DNA of 64,000 bases from Kondoa subrosea. Taxonomy: Eukaryota. Location of the stretch: contig BCIN01000002.1 of NCBI GenBank assembly GCA_039545335.1, positions 1,687,118 through 1,751,117 of the forward strand, read 5' to 3'. The translations under genes and the position numbers were made by a program. Of this stretch, positions 1 to 12,136 are shown in pieces; position 1 is the first letter of the stretch, and every line of letters starts with the position of its first letter. Under the pieces are notes generated by a model. The model searched no databases and was not told where the DNA came from. It saw only the letters and a program-made list of their open reading frames with translations.

Positions 1-1219
1 AGCAGCAGGTGCTTGGGACTGTTCGGCAGACGTGACTGGCATGGTAGAAGTACTAGCTTGCATAGGAGCTGAAGCAGTTGTCCCAGCGGGTAATTGTATG
101 ATGCTATTGCGTAGTCTTTGCACGCCAGAGGCTGAACGATCTGGAAGAGGATTGAGTGTAGAAGCGGAAGTAAGGTATGATATCTCTTGTAAGCACCTGC
201 GTACTGCATCAGGAGAGCAACCACAGGAATCACTAGTACACACTGCTTTAGGTAGTCTCTACTTTTCGCTCGACCTTTTGCATCGCGACCTATTGCAGGG
301 TTCCAGATTGTACTGCCTAGTACACTTCCACCAGCATTAGATCCTGTTGTACCAAATTGGCCAACATCCTTGATATCCTTGATGGATATCGGAATTCCAT
401 TTAATGTAGTCATGGGAGCATTCATTGACAGAGCCGAAGTTGGACGGGACATGTTGAGGTGGGAAAGTAGAGCTGATAGTGGTAGATTGATGGTAGCTTG
501 CGTTGCAGAAGCTGGTGTAGCTGCCGAGTTCGCTTGGGTATTTTCTGGATTAGCAGAAGATTCAGAAGTAGTTGGACTGGATGCTTCATTTGCAGTGCCG
601 TCTTCTGCCTTTTGCGACGTTTTTGAATTTGAGGCTATCGCTTGTTGCTGATTCGCGGCAAGGGCCAGATACTTTGATCTATATTATTTCCAAGTTCAGT
701 TGAGCTCAAATACACAAACCAGAGCGAGGGCATGACGAACCTTTCTCCTTTCAAGGCAAACTCTAGCATGCGAACTCTTCTTACCAAGTCATTCCTCGTG
801 TTCTCGTTGCCTCTTCTTTCACCTTCCAGCAAAGCTATTCGAGCCCTCATTTCACCCCTTTCAATCTCCCATTCATTTCGATCTCTCTCATACTTTCTGA
901 ATTCAGTTTGCAAGAAGTGCAAGACATGGGACAAAGACATAGCAGGAGGTGCGGGCGCTTGAGCGGAACTCGCTGGCACTGGAGGAGGTGGAATCTGGTT
1001 TTGTTGTTGCTGCTGCTGAGGTTGCACATTTGTAGGAGATTGAGGTTGCTGTTGCTGTTGAACAGGCGGAGCTGGCTGGTTCGGCTGCTGAGTTTGGCCA
1101 TTCACTTGTTCATTATTCGAAGAATTCAGATTGTTAGACGAGCTTTCAGGATGACTCTGCTGAGACATCTGCTGCAATTGCTGCTGCTGCTGTGATTGCT
1201 GCGGTCTCCATGGTAGCAT
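1..1219 (-). CDS. Striatin family protein (Far8/Pro11-like STRIPAK scaffold), 5' part only; continues beyond window start
   Basis: N-terminal striatin coiled coil LSHVLHFLQTEFRKYERDRNEWEIERGEMRARIALLEGERR. Downstream spliced exons give GRDAKGRAKSRDYLKQCLQEISYLTS. Q-rich N-terminus. Confidence 0.9.
1000..1200 (-). repeat. Imperfect CAG/CAA (poly-Gln) tracts within striatin N-terminus
   Basis: Runs of tgc/tgt triplets on + strand encoding QQQQQ tracts on - strand. Confidence 0.8.
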
Positions 1220-1700
1220 GATTGAAGGACAGGTATCAATGAAAGATTTGAGATTCGCGTTAAATCTTAGAGTGCATGCAAATGATGCCCGCGAATGCTC
1301 TGGATGGTCAAGCTATCCAGCAAGCGATGGGCGGCGGTATAATGAGTCTCGTATCGGTGGTGAGGAGCAACCCAACCTCAAATCAAGTGTTAACCCAGTT
1401 CTTAGTCCAGAGCGAGCACAGGTAACGGTAGATCCACTCAAATGCAGTCGTGAGGCTATCTGCTGACCGTCGCGTTGCCCTTGTAGCTTCAATATACCCT
1501 CTCTGCTTTGAGGTGCATCTGTTTCGTGTTCGCAGCCTTCTTTTGGCTGCTTCTTCTGTCTAATTCCTGGCTTGGTGCTTCCTGCACTTGCTTTGATAAT
1601 ACCTAATCAATTGGTACCGCTGCTTTGAGGCAAATCGCGGTCACACGGCCCTTTGTTCCAGTATTAGCTTCTTACCTTGCTCTTTTCTTACGTGTCTACC

Positions 1701-4507
1701 ATGGACGAGAAACCTCAGCAAGAGCCACAAGAGATCAGACATTGGCTCATCCAGGATTCCAATGATGGTGTCGAGCGCACAACAGCTCATGTTCGCATCA
1801 CCAGCTACACCTTGGATGGTGTCCGACAGCAACTTTCAGACAAGATACGCTTGACCAGACAGAGTATTTCTACTTGTCGTCTGGTATTGAGGGAAATCTT
1901 CAGCAAAGAGCCTTTTCTTGTCTTCGCTCTATTGGCCGAGAAATGTGTCGAGATTGCTTCCAGCGTCTTCTCGCTTCGATGCACGACGCAAATGACAATG
2001 CTGGTGAATTTCCTTTCACAGTGGACCCCATCCCCTCCTCATTGCTGAGCTAGACTCTGGCGTTTGTGGAGACTGGAATGATATCTACCTCACGGGTGGG
2101 CTTATGTCTAGGACTATGGTCTGGCTCTTTGATTCTGCAGAGGGTAAATGTGCTTCTAATCAGATCGATCACATCTGACGATGTTTTCCAGGCTGCGCGA
2201 GCTATCCTGCTACCTTACAATGTATGCATAATGTTCGCAGAGCCTATTTGCAATGACGAAGTCTTGTTAGGCGAGGTTTACGTCCCTGTACAACTCTTCT
2301 ATCGAGCAACGCTTGGTGACAGCTACAAGTCAACTGAGTTTGGAATGTCGATTATCGGAAACAACCAAGGATCTGTTTGCTTCAGCAGAGAATGCAAAAG
2401 ACGAAGGCAACCCTTGGGATACGCTTCTGCCAGACTCTCTTCTGAACTTGGTGACTTCTTATGTTAATCTTCCGTTCGTTCGTTTTTTGGCTCTATTGTG
2501 CTTGTCCTCATAATGCCGACAGACTACATCTTTATACTGTTATGGGGCAGGTCCCACGCTCTTCGATGCCATTAGTTGTCATACTGGCACTCTTCTCTGT
2601 GCTCGACCCATTGGTAGTCAGACTACTCGTTAACAGTCACAGTGCCTCATTCAGCTCAAGTACCACCTCGATTGTCAGTCGCGCTTTGGTGCGTAGAAAG
2701 CATCTGTACAGCTTAGCGACATCGCCGGATTACGCTAAGGATGTTCAATTATTAGGTCTGTCGCTCCTAGATTTATTACATTCGAGTTGACGTCTTTCGT
2801 TCGAAAGGGATTTCGCATTGGGTTGATCAAGAATTTCAATTGTCAGATGCTATTCCAATATCTCTGTAAGCCTCGATAGATCCGCTCTCTGTGCTTCCTC
2901 ATCAACCTGTCACTCAGGCAATCCAAACGATCCAACATGTTAGAGGATGTGCAATACGATTTACTGTGCAGCGTTCGGGCCGGCATCAACTTGGTGAGTG
3001 ACGTGATAAGTCTTCCTGAACTGACTGACCAATGTGAGACAGGCGATTCTAGTATGGTTCGTTCGGTCTAGAAGTCTAGTCATGAGTGCCGCGATCTATG
3101 CTATTATTCAAACGAGTACCACCAACTTTGTTCAACAATACTACAACCTCAGCTACGCGCAAAACGAACTGGAATATAAGCTTCGTTGCTACGAAGCGTT
3201 TGATACATATTGTAAGCTAGGTCAAAAGCACGCGGATGAAGATGCAATTCGCCAGCCGCTACCTGATCTTCCAAACTCGAACAACAAAGGTCTTGCCATA
3301 TCAGTCCGAGATGCAAGTTTCTCGTACCCAAACCAGCAGAACAGCAAGAAGCCTGTTCTACAACATCTCTCATTCGATATACCTGCATCAGCTTTTTGCT
3401 GTGTTGTAGGCTTCAACGGGGCAGGCAAATCTAGTCTAGCTTCAATACTTACTCGAGCGTACGACCTGCAAGCTGGAGAAATTTCGATCAATGGTACAAA
3501 TATCAAAAATATCAAGCGGACAGATCTATCAGCTGCCATGGCCGTTCTTCCACAGTCTGCTGAGCTCTTCGAGTAAGTCCCATTCGCCTGCATGCCAACC
3601 ATTCGACTCGTGATGTCTTCCTCAGCCTATCGCTGAAAGAGAACATTGCCTTCGATAAAAGCAAGGACGACGATTTGGTTCAACGTAGTGCGGATCGAGC
3701 AGGAGCTAGTACGTTCATTAATGAGCTGGACTCGAAGTTTGAGTAGGCTCTACATCATGTGTCTCGGTGTGGTAGCTGATGCGCTGGCGTAGTTCAAGTA
3801 TAGCAAGTCCGATTATCAAGAAAGACACCTATACTTCCGTGAATGGCTTGCGACATGTGACTGCGTCAGATACAATAAGGCTAGTGAATGATAAAGGGCA
3901 AGATCTGGCAGGTTCAGAGGGTGACCTCATCCCGCAAGACTTAGATATGGCAAAGGAAGAGAATCGCAAGGCTGTCGAGAAGCTGATATCTCATGAATAT
4001 CCTACTGGTGTACAATTCTCGGGAGGACAAAGTAAGCTATTTGATACGTCGTACAAAGACTGCTCTTCATATTGAACAGAGCAGAAAGTAATTCTGAGTC
4101 GTGCATTCGCTGCAAATTCCAAGCTTGTCATACTTGACGTGAGTTCGCGACTCCTAGAGCTTTGTTCAGCTGAACTCAGCTCAACTTGCAGGAACCGGCA
4201 TCTAATCTTGATCCAGAGAGTGAACACGAACTATTTAAAGAGATAACACGAATGAAAGGCGGCCCCACAATTCTCTATATCACTCATCTCTGGCGTGGTT
4301 GTACTGATAAGGCTGATTTGGTACTCTTCATGGAGAATGGACGGATTTCGGAAGAAGGCACACATGAACAACTCATGGAGAAGAATGGAAGTCAGCTGCA
4401 GTTTCAGTTCCCCTCCTAGACTTAGCTGATATCTCTTAGCATATGCTCGCCTCTGGAATCTTCAAACAGGAGCAGTGGGTCTAGCACCTGAGCCAGATGT
4501 CGAGTGA
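1701..4507 (+). CDS. ABC transporter, half-size TMD-NBD type (multi-exon)
   Basis: Walker A GFNGAGKS, Q-loop VLPQ, signature FSGGQ, Walker B/D-loop LVILDEPASNLD, H-loop ITH. Hydrophobic N-terminal exons. GT-AG introns join the exons in frame. Confidence 0.85.
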
Positions 4508-4739
4508 AAGGCACTGAGACAGTAAGATTACACAAGAGAAACTCTTCATAGTGGATATCAGTTGTTATGCTATACCTTCCATGTACTCACCTAACCTATT
4601 GCTAGCCCCTGCTGCTCTCGCTTACGTAAGGATCTCGCTTGATTGTGTATGATCTAACTTTAACCGCTGCCGCCGCTTTACTCCGTTCAACCACTGCACT
4701 CATTCTATTATATTAGATCTGCTGAGATCACCTAGCACC

Positions 4740-6025
4740 ATGGCTACAACTTCAATTAGCCCACCAGCCCCCGTGACTCAAAACCCTTCATCTAGGATTT
4801 CTTACCGTCAAGAATCGCAAGATAGAAGCACGCAATCTCTGTCTCCATATCACGACAACAGGGCTTCATCCACATCTGGTCCACATGCTCCTCTGTTTCG
4901 TCGCTCAATACCGCCTTCGACGACCAAGAAGGCAAATGCCAGCTCTGCGACACTGACAGAGAAGCCCAAACCGGCACAATGCAAATCTCGCAGCCTGTAT
5001 CCCCAATTCAAGCGTGATTATAGAGCCTCTCTTCCCTCCTTCTTGTCACGATTTACTGGTTACAAAGATCCTCACCATACTGGCCCACTTAGACCACCTA
5101 TTCTTCCACTCAAATTTCTCAACAAGGTCCCTCTGAATTACGAAATTTGGGTTCAAGGATGGATCGGGTCGCTGGTATCAATCATGCTTATAGAAGCAGT
5201 CATGTCTTCGAGTAGTCTTTTCAAAACCTGGGAAGTTCCCTTGATCATTGGATCTTTCGGTGCTTCCGCTGTACTCCTCTTTGGCATGCCCGACTCCCCT
5301 GTCTCTTCCCCTCGAGCAATAGTGGGCGGTCAAACTCTCTCAGCTATTACTTCGGTAATCATCACTCGTCTGTTCGCGCTGAATCCTGGCTTTACAATCC
5401 CTTCCAATACTGTGCCTCAAGATGGCGAATTCGATCATCATCTCACATGGCTCAATGGAGCTATATCTATGGCTACTTCCTTGACTGTAATGCAAATAAC
5501 AGGGTGCGTCGAAGCTTTGTTAAAATGTTCTTTTGTCTTTGCTCATCTTGCAATTGTTTACTGATATAGCACTGTTCACCCACCCGGAGGTATGCATTTA
5601 TACTCCTGTGCTTGTGAAGCGTTCACTAATGCAATCTTCGAAATCTAACAGGCGCAACAGCAGTACTTGGAGCAGTTCTCCCGAGCGCAGTGGCATTGCG
5701 ATGGAAATACATTTTGGTCGTTTTCGTTAGTGCGGTCCTGATGTTACTCTGGGCTGTACTATGGCAATCGATCGGTAGAAAAAGATATCCACCTTATTGG
5801 TACTCTCCGCAATCTTGTTTCGTTGCTCCTGGTAAAACCGCAGAGGAGGAAGCGAAGGAGAAGGAAGAAGCAGAATTCAAGTTGGAGCGTCTTGAAGAAG
5901 GAGTCTATTCAGGTGGAGCGAGTGCAATGGATCGAGGTGAAGAGATGGGTCGACTGGAAGCAACAGTCGAAGAAGACGAAGAAGCCGAAAGAGGACGACA
6001 AAGGGTTGCGAGAACAAGTAACTGA
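4740..6025 (+). CDS. HPP family integral membrane protein
   Basis: IIGSFGASAVLLFGMPDSPVSSPRAIVGGQ motif. A short spliced exon near 5570-5590 gives TVHPPGGATA, the HPP signature. Confidence 0.9.
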
Positions 6026-6127
6026 AATGGAAAGAGTGCCGGCTCAAACAATGTGTCGATAGTGTTTGGAAATGTTTAATACATTGTACTGTAACATCTA
6101 CAAGCGATATAAATACCTAGCGAACGC

Positions 6128-7713
6128 CTACTGTCCCTGTCTCGCTTCTTCATTGAGATAATCAGTAGCCTGTACAAACCGCATCTAAGCCTTAGACAGC
6201 TATCGGAAAAAGAAACAACTCACAAAGCTTTTGATAATAGCATACAAAGCCTTTCTTCTCCTTTCAACAGCAAGTACACCATCTCTGATCTCGCCCAATC
6301 GCTCTTGATATTCAATACTATCCGCCAAGAATCTCTGCAATTCCGTCAAACTGACATGCAACAATCCTTGTTGATCCGCTGGTGAAACGATAGAGGGCAA
6401 AGGAGGTGGCATTCCTGGTTGGACAGGGAACGAAGGAGCTGGTAAAACTATAGCTGTAGGTGATATGAAAAGGGATTCGATATGAGCCTGAGGGTTCATG
6501 AGATGCTTGAAGCGGTTTTCGTCAACTATTGGACGAGCGAGATTGTTGTTCAATGCGATATCGGGTGATGTGGATTGAGAACGAGGAACAGTTGTAGGTG
6601 GTGGTTGTGCCAAAGTAGGAGCTTCTGTTTCTTCAGGTTGCACAGGTAATGCTGCTGTTTCTTCGATCTTGACTGGCGAAGGCGGCATCGGTGCTTCGTC
6701 TGAAATAGAAATAGGCTGAGCAACTTGAGTGGGAGTGGCAGATTTGGATTTCGCTAGAGTAGCATCGGCCATTTGAATGTCTTCAACAGGACTGACTTCC
6801 ACTTCGATTTGAACGGTAGGTTCTGCACCACTTTGAGGAACAGCAATGATTTCGTCTCGCTTCTTTGCAGCTTCCTCTTCTGCTTCTTGAGCCTTTCTAC
6901 GTGCTGCTTCTTCTTCCTGATCGGCAATTCTCTTCCTAGCCTCTTCTTCCTCCGCAGCTTTCCTCTTTCGTTCTTCCGCTTGATCTCTAACTTTCTCTTG
7001 TCTCTCCTTGACATTCTTCTCTTTCATATCAACATATTCTTCCGCCAAATCAATATCCCAATCATAATCATCCCCTCTCAAAGTAGTACAAACCCTAGTC
7101 AAAGCTTTAACGCATGGCATATCCGACTCAATCAAACCAATAGCACTTAAAGCCAAAGCAGGTAAATTGGATTGTTTGGTAGAAAAGAGTTTAATAGTTG
7201 AAGAAGAAGTGAAGATGTCGATTGGATTTCTAGGAGGTGGTGGTAAAGTTGGTTCAAAAGGTAAATCATCAGGGTTACAGTTGCTCGCTTTGGGTACTAG
7301 AGTTAGATTGGGTGACAGAGCTATACGTTGTCTTTTCCTTGCTCGGTCCTCTGATTCGAAAGACGATGGGAAAGAGGAAGACCAATCTGCTAAGCGACCT
7401 CTGCGAGCATTGTGGGTTGGAGCGAGCTTGTTCCCTCTGTTTGATGTTTTGTGATGAAGCTGAGGTTCGAAATCTGAATCTGTAGAGTCGTAGTATGAGG
7501 CTTTATCGTGAGATGGCAACGAGCTGATTACAGTGAGCTGTCTGTCGCACAACAATAGGTTGGAACTCACGCGAGGTAGTCATCTTTGGGTTGAACTGTG
7601 CTAGGTCCTGGTGCTATCCGGCTTGCTATACTAGTAGAAATAGGCGCAGGCATACCAACCCGAGGCGGAGGTTGCATGAAGCTAGGTCCTTGAGCAAAGA
7701 TTGGAGCTGCCAT
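6128..7713 (-). CDS. RXT2: Rxt2-like subunit of Rpd3L histone deacetylase complex
   Basis: TSNRGNKL motif typical of the RXT2 N-terminal domain, followed by PPPRNPIDIF. Charged coiled-coil region. Three exons. Confidence 0.65.
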
Positions 7714-7781
7714 TTCGTGGTCCTTGAAGAACAAGAGATGTTTGCGCGTGCTTAAGCGATGTCATCTAATACACACTTTCT

Positions 7782-8970
7782 CTACTGCTTTACAGCCTCT
7801 AATATAGCTTTACAAGATCTATCTACCATTTCCGCCATTGTCAAAGATTGCCCTTCGAACAGAATCATGTTCTTTCCAGCTATAGTCTCGCTGTTGATTC
7901 TACCCTTGATGACATCTGCATCGACAAAGAGTTTCTCATGCGCCGCAATATATGCAGGCCATGCGACTATTGAGCTCCTCTTCAGCTTGAAACCAAAGCT
8001 GATATCGCGTCAGAATTCACCTTCATCCCAATAACCTTCTGGATCTCTCCACATCTCGCCAGCTGGTCCAGTTTGAGCTCATCGAGGATAAGACATAGGC
8101 GTGAGGTGAACAAAAGATGAGTAAGATAACGAAAGAAGATATGGTGAAGAATGGGTGAGCGCGAGTTAGCATTCTGCTTGCATTGACGATCATAAAGATA
8201 TACTAACAGGCAGTGAACTGTAGAGTTTCACAGTATTTGCATCAGTTGAGATTCGTGAGCACGACTAGAAACTTACATAGCCGTTCCGCGCTTCACGTCT
8301 TCTCTTCAAGACATCGAAATCCTCGCGCACAAAGAACTTGACGTCGTATTCCCTAGATGCATCTTCATCCCAGTAAAGGAGGAATCTGTACATCAAAGTC
8401 AACAGTATGCTAGGGTAGTTCAAGATGCACTTACCCGTCACATATTATAAAAACTACTTCTTCAACCAATTGACTAAAGATAGTTGTCCATCTGTCGATA
8501 CTGAATGTATTATTCAGCGCTAGAATTTGTGAGCGAGGAGGATATGTACAGTTGAGAAGGAATAGGTACTTGAACTTGTTCGTTCAAGTGATCTGTCCAA
8601 GTTGGAAAAGATCATCTCAAGTTCGCCTTTGAATGATGAGACGCACCGTGAGATACGTGACCAGGCGGTAAAGACGCATGTTCTCTGATGTAATGCATTC
8701 CTTCACGAAAGCCAGACCAATCCATCGCGGATTCTGCTGTGTCCCAATCCTGAACTTTCAATTTCGGATGCAATGGGAGCTGATCTTGAGGTGGAGCGTA
8801 GTCATCTTGATGAAGGATCAGAGCTTTGTCGCCAAGGATCCGTTTAAGATGTTTGGCCAATGTAGTTTTCTGAACATCCGATGCATTAGACAGCATCGCC
8901 AGTATCCGAGTAGAGGACGCACTCCTGAGCAAGAAGGTCCGCCAACAGAGGCTATCACAGGCCGAACCAT
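7782..8970 (-). CDS. NRK1: Nicotinamide riboside kinase (P-loop kinase)
   Basis: Spliced protein MVRPVIASVGGPSCSGKTTLAKHL...LHQDDY...QDWD...CDGFLLYW...RRREARNGY...WRDPEGYWDEVAWPAY. Confidence 0.85.
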
Positions 8971-9418
8971 TCACGAATTTGCTTGAATCGGTCAATCAAG
9001 GTGGTTGTGCATGATCATCCATCGGTATATGGAATCGTTGGTCTCTGGGTATGGCTGACAGCACCAGATCAAGCTCTTCTTGGACACCTCACAAATGATT
9101 CACTACCACGACTGGGACATGCTGACTAAGCAGAACTTTGAAACGGTTGCGCCTTGCGTCTAAGGAGATCTAGTTCCCTGGTAGCCAAGCCAGTAGTAAA
9201 TCGAAGCCAGGTAGGTCTGCATGGTGACCGCCTCCTAGCCGCTACTCTGACCCAATTCACGTGTTTCAGACCTCTTTCCAAAAACAACGGTCAACTACAT
9301 CTCAGATACACCCATTGAGCAATAGCATAGTCAGTATAGGCGTCTGCTACTGCATATATGCAAGCTAATTCTGTCTGGACAGTCCATCTCTTTACGAACA
9401 AACCAAACACCTGAAATA

Positions 9419-9931
9419 ATGCCTTCTGCACCTGTTCAGCTCTTACAACCCGTCGTTGGTCTCATTGGATGGACATTCTTAATGGAAGGCTGGATGTTTG
9501 CAACAAGGTTTGTCTATGCTTCAGATCAGTACTTCTAGAGAAACCTACAGCGACCAAGGAGCAAATGAACGCTCATGTCCCAGCACAAGTCAGATGGAAA
9601 GCTGACAACTATGCTCATTTGCACGAAGCACCTACCACTTTGTAAGTCATTAAGTATTCTCTGGATAGTTGACATTCTTACCTTCTTCCGCTATTATAGT
9701 TATGCCATCATGTTAACTTCTGCGGTCCTTTCTTCGGCTACCTTCTTCAAACATGGTGATGTGACATTGAACGTCAAACTCGCTTGGGCGTATGTTGGAT
9801 TAAGAGTCGTTCATTCTTTGCTTCAAGCTACAATCAACATCGTTCCCGCAAGATTTGGAATCTTCTTAACTAGCGAAGCTGATAAATTGACATTGCTGTT
9901 GAGATTGGGCTCTGCTGTATTCACAAGTTGA
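9419..9931 (+). CDS. MAPEG family membrane protein; first junction apparently disrupted (possible pseudogene)
   Basis: LLQPVVGLIGWTFLMEGWMFATR...WKADNYAHLHEAPTTFY...LAWAYVGLRVVHSLLQ. No normal-length intron with a clear branch point restores the frame at 9508-9560. Confidence 0.7.
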
Positions 9932-10240
9932 AGCAAGAGGAAGTCGTTTTGTCTCAGAAAGAGGTATGCTGCAAAGCAACTTGCATTTGCTGCCCACTAA
10001 TGGAGAGCGCTGTCTTTGACAGTTATTTCGCAATACTCCAAGCCATTTACGAAGCAAAGCTTCTGCATCGCCTTTATTTGCATTTTGCGGCTTACATATC
10101 TGTTGCTGTTGAACATTTGCGCCTGAAGTAGCTCGTACTATCTTCTTATACTCGGTCCCTCGCTCGAAATATCAAAATGACATACAATCCAAACATTTTC
10201 TAGCCAGTGTCAGGTTTTTGCAAAGTTCAGAGCATTTCAG

Positions 10241-11633
10241 TTACAGCCCTTCCAACATCCGGTTAACGAATCGCACATAACGTCTCCAAACTTTTCTTCT
10301 TGCCAATCGTTTCCTCACACTCATCGGAAGTGTAATATAAGATCTTTTAGCAACCGTTGAAGCTTTATTGATCTTATCGTAACATTTTCGATCTTGAATA
10401 TTGAGTTGAAACCCGCTGGCATAATCGAACGGTAGACCTGTATGGACCGTCAGTTGCCTGCATTGCAAAGAACTCTCTACTTAGTTTTACCTTCCAAGGG
10501 AGTACTGGGAGATCGAGAAACATTCACATTTCACACGGGCAAGTTTCGATAGGAGCAACTTACAACGCCCAAGACCAGATGAAGTTATTGATACCTTTTG
10601 GTAGATTGGTAGGAATAGTCCAATCACCTGTACAAACCGTTTTGGTAGTTTGGTTTCTTACATTTCAAGTCAACCTCAACGCAAAATAGAGATGCAAGGT
10701 GAACTAACACGGAGATATCAGTGCTTCCAGGATCAATGCAGTTAGTCCCAAATTCGAGCTGTGCAAAAGGTTGAGAAGTTGTCCATAAATCGGTAGTAGG
10801 TTGATTCGTAGGAGAATAGTAGAGCGAAATCAATTTGGCGCCTTGATTGAGTGGGTTGAGCGATACACCATGATTGTTCTCTGAGATACAGAGCTTAGTC
10901 GCATCATGACTAAGAAACCGAAAATATATACCTAGCCATGCACTTGTCTGTTTTTGACCTGGACACATTGCTCAGAAATACAGTCTCTTGAAAGAAAGAT
11001 GAATGAGTACCTGGATAGACCACAGGAGCAGAATCATTGTTCAGAAAAGCCGGTCGCATCACCTGCAGAGGTGGTAAGATCAGTTGACCAGAACCTTCTT
11101 GACTACATACGTACTTCGTTTGGATACAAGTCGACGTTGAAGTCCGCTACATAGTTGTCGTTGGTTTGTCTAACCAATTGCTGGCCAGTCTTGTTGACGA
11201 AATCTGTCAGTTTCTTTCAGCTGAAGCAGTTCTACGTTTTTAGACCCTCGTACAGAACCGAGATTTTGTTGGATCGACGGATGGCGACTGTACAGCGTAG
11301 TGAATCAGCATCTTATTCTTTGCTCAAGAGAAAGCTGATGCGAACTTTCCAGTAAGGCTTTTTGTCCTGTATGAACATAATCAGCTGATCAAGCTTACAC
11401 CTACAATGGAGTGTACTGGGCAGCTTGTTATCCCATCCCTACGTTCAGATATCAGCATACTAGTGGTAGTGTTGCGAAAGCCATTTTACCAATCTGTACA
11501 CAATCTGTAGCAAGCAGAGTAAGCTCGAGCATTCTGCACTCGAGCTGAATGTCGCGCACAGAAACGAATGACACAATACGCTGGTAGTACATGTCGCCAG
11601 AAGCGTGAAAAGGTATAAGCAAAGCGGTTTCAT
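10241..11633 (-). CDS. Secreted protein, ~269 aa, 12 exons; LPMO-like candidate with N-terminal His
   Basis: Eleven ~50-nt GT-AG introns join in frame. Signal peptide MKPLCLYLFTLLATCTTSVLC, then HSFLLCTDW...VYPGQKQTSAWLENNH...CTGDWTIPTNLPKGINNFIWSWAF...FDYASGFQLNI. Confidence 0.7.
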
Positions 11634-12136
11634 TAGAGCAAGGCGAACGTTAAGGGGCAGAGAAAGAGAGGAAAAGACAGACAAAGTACACCTTCTGGCG
11701 CACACCTTCTGAAGGTATACTGTGTGACGAATTGTGGACATCGCGTCTTTATAACGAAATTGAACAAGAAGGATGCATCCCCTTTGTCCTGCCAGCAAGC
11801 GAGCCGAATAATTCGCTGCTGACTTGAGGTCACATAGCCGAAACAGTTGAACAGAGCCAATGTCGTGATACCATGAAGCCTGGTCTATTGGTGTCGAACA
11901 CAATAAATAGCAAAAAGCCAAATTGCATATCTTGAGCTGTCTTTCCAATTGTGTTGCTGCGACAGCACAATTCACTGTGATGAGTGCTCTTGATTTGCCC
12001 ATACCCAGCCGGAAAGAGAGATCGACTGAGACATCCGACATGTGCTTTGACTCTATCTTCTTGCCGGACAACAGCGGTCGCAAATTTGCTCAGAGTAGGG
12101 GTAGCGGGTTGATACCAGTCAGGCTACAATTCCACA

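Noticed and set aside
11360..11420. TGTAG-GT-GTAAGC as a second recursive site or 2-nt micro-exon
   Set aside because: A single ordinary ~50-nt GTACAC...CATACAG intron explains the frame.
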